A stretch of 45,510 nt of DNA. It comes from an uncultured Desulfobacterales bacterium (lineage in GTDB: Bacteria; Desulfobacterota; Desulfobacteria; Desulfobacterales; CAFBRK01). The notes beneath the pieces were generated by a model, which was not told the DNA's origin, ran no database searches, and worked only from the letters and a program-made list of their open reading frames with translations. A program made the translations under genes and the position numbers. Shown here one piece after another: positions 42,359-45,510 of this stretch (its first letter is position 1; every line of letters starts with the position of its first letter). The stretch is from assembly GCA_965602445.1 (NCBI GenBank), contig CBFCZJ010000001.1, positions 1 through 45,510 of the forward strand. Direction: 5' to 3'.

Positions 42359-45349
42359 ATGAAAAGAAGGTTCACAGGAAAACGAATCGCCTTTGTCGGC
42401 GGCGGCAAATTTTGCACCAAGCTGCTGGAGTTTATCGCAGACGAGGCGTTTCCGGGTCCGCGCCCCGAGGTGCTGGCCATTGCCGATATCGACATGGAGG
42501 CCCCGGGGATCCGTGCGGCAAGGAAGATGGGTATTTTCACCACCGCCGACTACCGGGAGCTGTATCGTATCGAGGGGCTGGAGGCCCTCATCGAGGTCAC
42601 CTACGACCTGTCTCTGGCCGAGACGATCCGAAAGCAAAAGCCCGAGCACATCGACCTCATCGACCATTTCGAGGCCCGTTTCATCTGGGATTCGCTGCAC
42701 GTCGAGCACGTGAAGAGAAAAACGCAATGGGAGCTTGACGAGCGCGGCAGCGACCGGGAAACTGTCTTTACTCTCTTTGAGAACCTGGCCCGGCAGGTGA
42801 CAGACGTCATCGAGCGGCGCCATGCCCGCTACCAACAGATCGAACAGGAGCTTTTCCGCCAGAAGCGCACCGCGGCCCAGATCATCGAGGGGAGCACGAT
42901 TCCGACCTTCGTCATCGATCAGGAGCACGTCATCACCCACTGGAACCGGGCCATGGAGCGGCTTACCGGGCTTCGCGCCCAAGAGATGGTCGGTACCCGG
43001 AAACAGTGGATGCCTTTTTACGAAAGCGAGCGGCCGTCCATGGCCGACGTAATTCTGGACCGGATCGACGAAGCCACCATCGAAAAGCTGTACGGTGGGA
43101 AATGGCGCAAATCGGTGCTGATCGAAGGGGCCTACGAGGCTGACGGCTTTTTCCCGAACCTCGGCGGGGATGGCAAGTGGTGCTGGTTTACGGCAGCCCC
43201 GATCGAGGCCCCGGACGGCAGCTTCATCGGGGCCATCGAGACCGTTTGGGACAAGACCGAGGAAAAGAAGGCCGAAGAGGAAATCGAGCGCCACAACCGG
43301 CTCATGACCGAAACCGCCCGCGCCCTGGGAAAGAGCGAGGCGGTGATGAAGCAGATCATCCAGGGCAGCACCATCCCGACCTTCGTCATTGACGAAACCC
43401 ACACCGTCACCCACTGGAACCGGGCCCTGGAGGTCCTTTCCGGGGTGTTCTCCCAGGACATCATCGGTACCCGTAAGCAGTGGACACCCTTTTACCGCAG
43501 TGAACGGCCCACCATGGCCGACCTGATCCTGGACCAGGTCGATGAAACCCGGATCGAACGGCTCTACAGCGGGCACTGGCGGCGTTCGGAGCTGATCGAG
43601 GGGGCCTACGAGGCCGAAGGGTTCTTCCCGAACCTGGGCGGCGAGGGCAAGTGGTGCTGGTTTACGGCGGCCCCGATCCAGGCGCCGGACGGAACCCTGA
43701 TCGGGGCCATCGAGACCCTCTGGGACAAGACCGAGGACAAGCGGGCTGAAGAGGAAAAAGAACGCCACACCCGGGAGTTGAGCACCCTTTGCAGCATCTA
43801 CACGGCCCTGAGCGCCACACTGAATATCGACACCGCCCTTTTCATGACCGCCGAGGAGCTGCAGCGGTTTTCCGAGGCCGACGGCGTCTGCATTTATCTC
43901 AGGGAAGACGACGGACGCTACCGGATGCGATACGGCACCGGCCTTTCGGCGGACGCCTGCAAAAAGGTACGCCTGGTGGACGACACCAGCATCATCGCCC
44001 AGGTGGCCGGGGAAAACCGGTTCACGCTCTTTGAGGATTTGCCGGAAGGATCCTCCGATGAGATCCGGTTCCTGGAAGAGCAGCACTTCGTCTCTTTGGC
44101 CTACATTCCCATCAGCTCCAAGGAGCGCCAGAATTTTGGCGTGATTCGGATGGCAAGCCGCCAGCCGAACCAGTTCTCCCACAGCCAGAAAGACATCTTT
44201 GAACTGATCGGAAACCGGGTCGGCGTCGCCTATGAAAACACGATTCTGCAGGAGCGGTATCGCAAGTCAGAGGAAAAATACCGCACCCTGTTCAACAGCG
44301 ATCCGCATCCGACCTTCATTCTCGACAGTGCGACCTTTCAGATCCTCGATATCAACCAGCGGGCCCAGGACAGCTACGGGTATCGCCGGGAGCAACTCAT
44401 CGGCTTGTCGTTTCTGTCCCTCGGCGACAAAGACGACCCGGAGATCGCCCAGGGGCTCGATCAGTTGGAGGAAGACCATTCGGCGATGTTCACCAAGAAG
44501 CGCCACTACCGAAAGGACGGGGAGGCCTTTTTCGTGAACATCAACATCAGCCATGCCCGCATCGATGAAAACACGGTGATTATCGCTTCGACCACCGACA
44601 TCAGCGAATCCGTGGAAAAGGAAACCCAGTTGATCCAGGCCAGCAAAATGACCACCCTGGGGCAGATGGCGGCGGGCATCGCCCATGAAATCAACCAGCC
44701 GCTGAACGTGATGCAGGTCACGGCCGACTATTTGAAAAAAATGCTCGGCCGGGGCCGGGCGCTTTCCGGGGAGGATCTGGCTTCCATTGCCGAAGACTTT
44801 CAAAGCAACGTCCAGCGCGCCTCGGCAATTATCCAGCACATGCGGGATTTTTCCCGGCAGTCCGATGTGAACCGGGCCCGGATCGACATCAACGCACCGA
44901 TCCGGGACGTCTTCAAGGTGCTCGGCCATCAACTCGAAGTCCACCAGATCGAGCTTGATCTCGATTTGGGAAAGGACCTCCCCCCCATTTATGCCGACCA
45001 CAACCGGCTCGAGCAGGTGTTCATCAACCTGGTGACCAACGCGGTGGACGCCATGGACACCAAGGCCGCCGCCTCCGGAAATGCTTTCGACAAACGGCTG
45101 ACCATCCGCTCAGGCTTTGAAGACGGCATGGTGACCGTGACGGTGACAGACACCGGCATCGGCATGAGCAAGGCAGTCCAGGAGAAGATCTTCGAGCCGT
45201 TTTTCACCACAAAGGAGGTGGGCAAGGGAACCGGGCTGGGGGTGAGCATCAGCTACGGCATCGTAAAGGACTACGACGGAACCATCGAGGTCCGCAGCAG
45301 TGAAGGGGAAGGGACTACCTTTACGCTTTGCTTTCCGGCTGTGAGGTGA
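42359..45349 (+). CDS. Cytoplasmic multi-domain sensor histidine kinase (Rossmann-like N-domain, 2 duplicated PAS-like domains, GAF-like, PAS, HisKA, HATPase_c)
   Basis: No TM segments seen. The N-terminus reads KRIAFVGGGKFCTKLL...VLAIADID. Two units of about 138 aa are about 74% identical. The H-box is GIAHEINQPL, the N-box is NLVTNAVDAM, and the G-boxes are DTGIGM and GKGTGLGVSISYGIV. Confidence 0.9.
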   Translation: MKRRFTGKRIAFVGGGKFCTKLLEFIADEAFPGPRPEVLAIADIDMEAPGIRAARKMGIFTTADYRELYRIEGLEALIEVTYDLSLAETIRKQKPEHIDLIDHFEARFIWDSLHVEHVKRKTQWELDERGSDRETVFTLFENLARQVTDVIERRHARYQQIEQELFRQKRTAAQIIEGSTIPTFVIDQEHVITHWNRAMERLTGLRAQEMVGTRKQWMPFYESERPSMADVILDRIDEATIEKLYGGKWRKSVLIEGAYEADGFFPNLGGDGKWCWFTAAPIEAPDGSFIGAIETVWDKTEEKKAEEEIERHNRLMTETARALGKSEAVMKQIIQGSTIPTFVIDETHTVTHWNRALEVLSGVFSQDIIGTRKQWTPFYRSERPTMADLILDQVDETRIERLYSGHWRRSELIEGAYEAEGFFPNLGGEGKWCWFTAAPIQAPDGTLIGAIETLWDKTEDKRAEEEKERHTRELSTLCSIYTALSATLNIDTALFMTAEELQRFSEADGVCIYLREDDGRYRMRYGTGLSADACKKVRLVDDTSIIAQVAGENRFTLFEDLPEGSSDEIRFLEEQHFVSLAYIPISSKERQNFGVIRMASRQPNQFSHSQKDIFELIGNRVGVAYENTILQERYRKSEEKYRTLFNSDPHPTFILDSATFQILDINQRAQDSYGYRREQLIGLSFLSLGDKDDPEIAQGLDQLEEDHSAMFTKKRHYRKDGEAFFVNINISHARIDENTVIIASTTDISESVEKETQLIQASKMTTLGQMAAGIAHEINQPLNVMQVTADYLKKMLGRGRALSGEDLASIAEDFQSNVQRASAIIQHMRDFSRQSDVNRARIDINAPIRDVFKVLGHQLEVHQIELDLDLGKDLPPIYADHNRLEQVFINLVTNAVDAMDTKAAASGNAFDKRLTIRSGFEDGMVTVTVTDTGIGMSKAVQEKIFEPFFTTKEVGKGTGLGVSISYGIVKDYDGTIEVRSSEGEGTTFTLCFPAVR

Positions 45350-45352
45350 TTC

Positions 45353-45510
45353 ATGAACCGTCTACTTCTCATCGACGATGAACCGGATATCCTGCGGGTG
45401 CTTTCCCGCTCGCTTCGCGCCGACGGATACGAGGTGCTGACTGCTGAAAGCGGCGAAGAGGGCCTGGCGGTATTTCAAAAGGAGCGGCCGGCGATCATCC
45501 TCACCGACAT
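45353..45510 (+). CDS. Response regulator receiver domain protein (5' fragment, continues beyond the window)
   Basis: MNRLLLIDDEPDILRVLSRSLRADGYEVLTAESGEEGLAVFQKERPAIILTD is a canonical REC N-terminus. It starts 4 nt after the kinase stop. The output domain is not visible. Confidence 0.85.
   Translation, partial: MNRLLLIDDEPDILRVLSRSLRADGYEVLTAESGEEGLAVFQKERPAIILTD

Noticed and set aside
42308-44182. 624-aa ORF on the minus strand
   Set aside because: It is antisense to the histidine kinase gene and has no recognisable domains. It is a high-GC shadow ORF.
1-45510. CRISPR arrays, transposases, integrases, phage genes, toxin-antitoxin or restriction-type defence genes
   Set aside because: None were recognised in any frame. 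The RecD2 helicase sits in a housekeeping context with no nuclease or methylase partner, so it is not treated as a defence system.

Overview
This is a high-GC bacterial chromosomal window with about 37 CDS, no rRNA or tRNA genes, no CRISPR array and no recognisable transposase or phage genes. Gene content and domain architectures look like a Gram-negative of the Desulfobacterota/deltaproteobacterial type, but that is inference only.

Most of the window is housekeeping:
- queD and dnaJ
- nadB
- a co-directional hsp20-lon-rlpA-gmhB-recD2 array
- a livKHMGF branched-chain amino-acid ABC operon
- nadK
- panC-metK-ahcY

Signalling genes are interspersed among them:
- a cNMP-binding/PilZ fusion protein
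- a CHASE2-Ser/Thr kinase with a PP2C phosphatase and a double-FHA protein
- a CHASE2-class III nucleotidyl cyclase
- a 996-aa multi-PAS/GAF histidine kinase with an adjacent response regulator

The most unusual region is 28.2-37.0 kb. Seven co-directional, tightly packed genes sit behind a good sigma-54 (-24/-12) promoter match and end at a strong bidirectional terminator. Every product carries an export signal. The products are built only from periplasmic scaffold or ring-type modules: FlgT/LPP20-like, CsgG/LpoB-like, TPR, five FN3 repeats, SLH-like repeats, and a FecR domain with no anti-sigma part. I saw no enzyme, ATPase or transporter among them, and the window contains no flagellar, curli or polysaccharide genes. 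I propose this as an uncharacterised envelope-associated system, possibly wired to the CHASE2 cyclase immediately upstream.

A second recurring oddity is a set of three long imperfect palindromes built from short 7-8 nt words. They fill convergent-gene junctions and contain the stop codons of five of the six flanking genes.

All family assignments come from reading the translated ORFs by eye. No database search was run.
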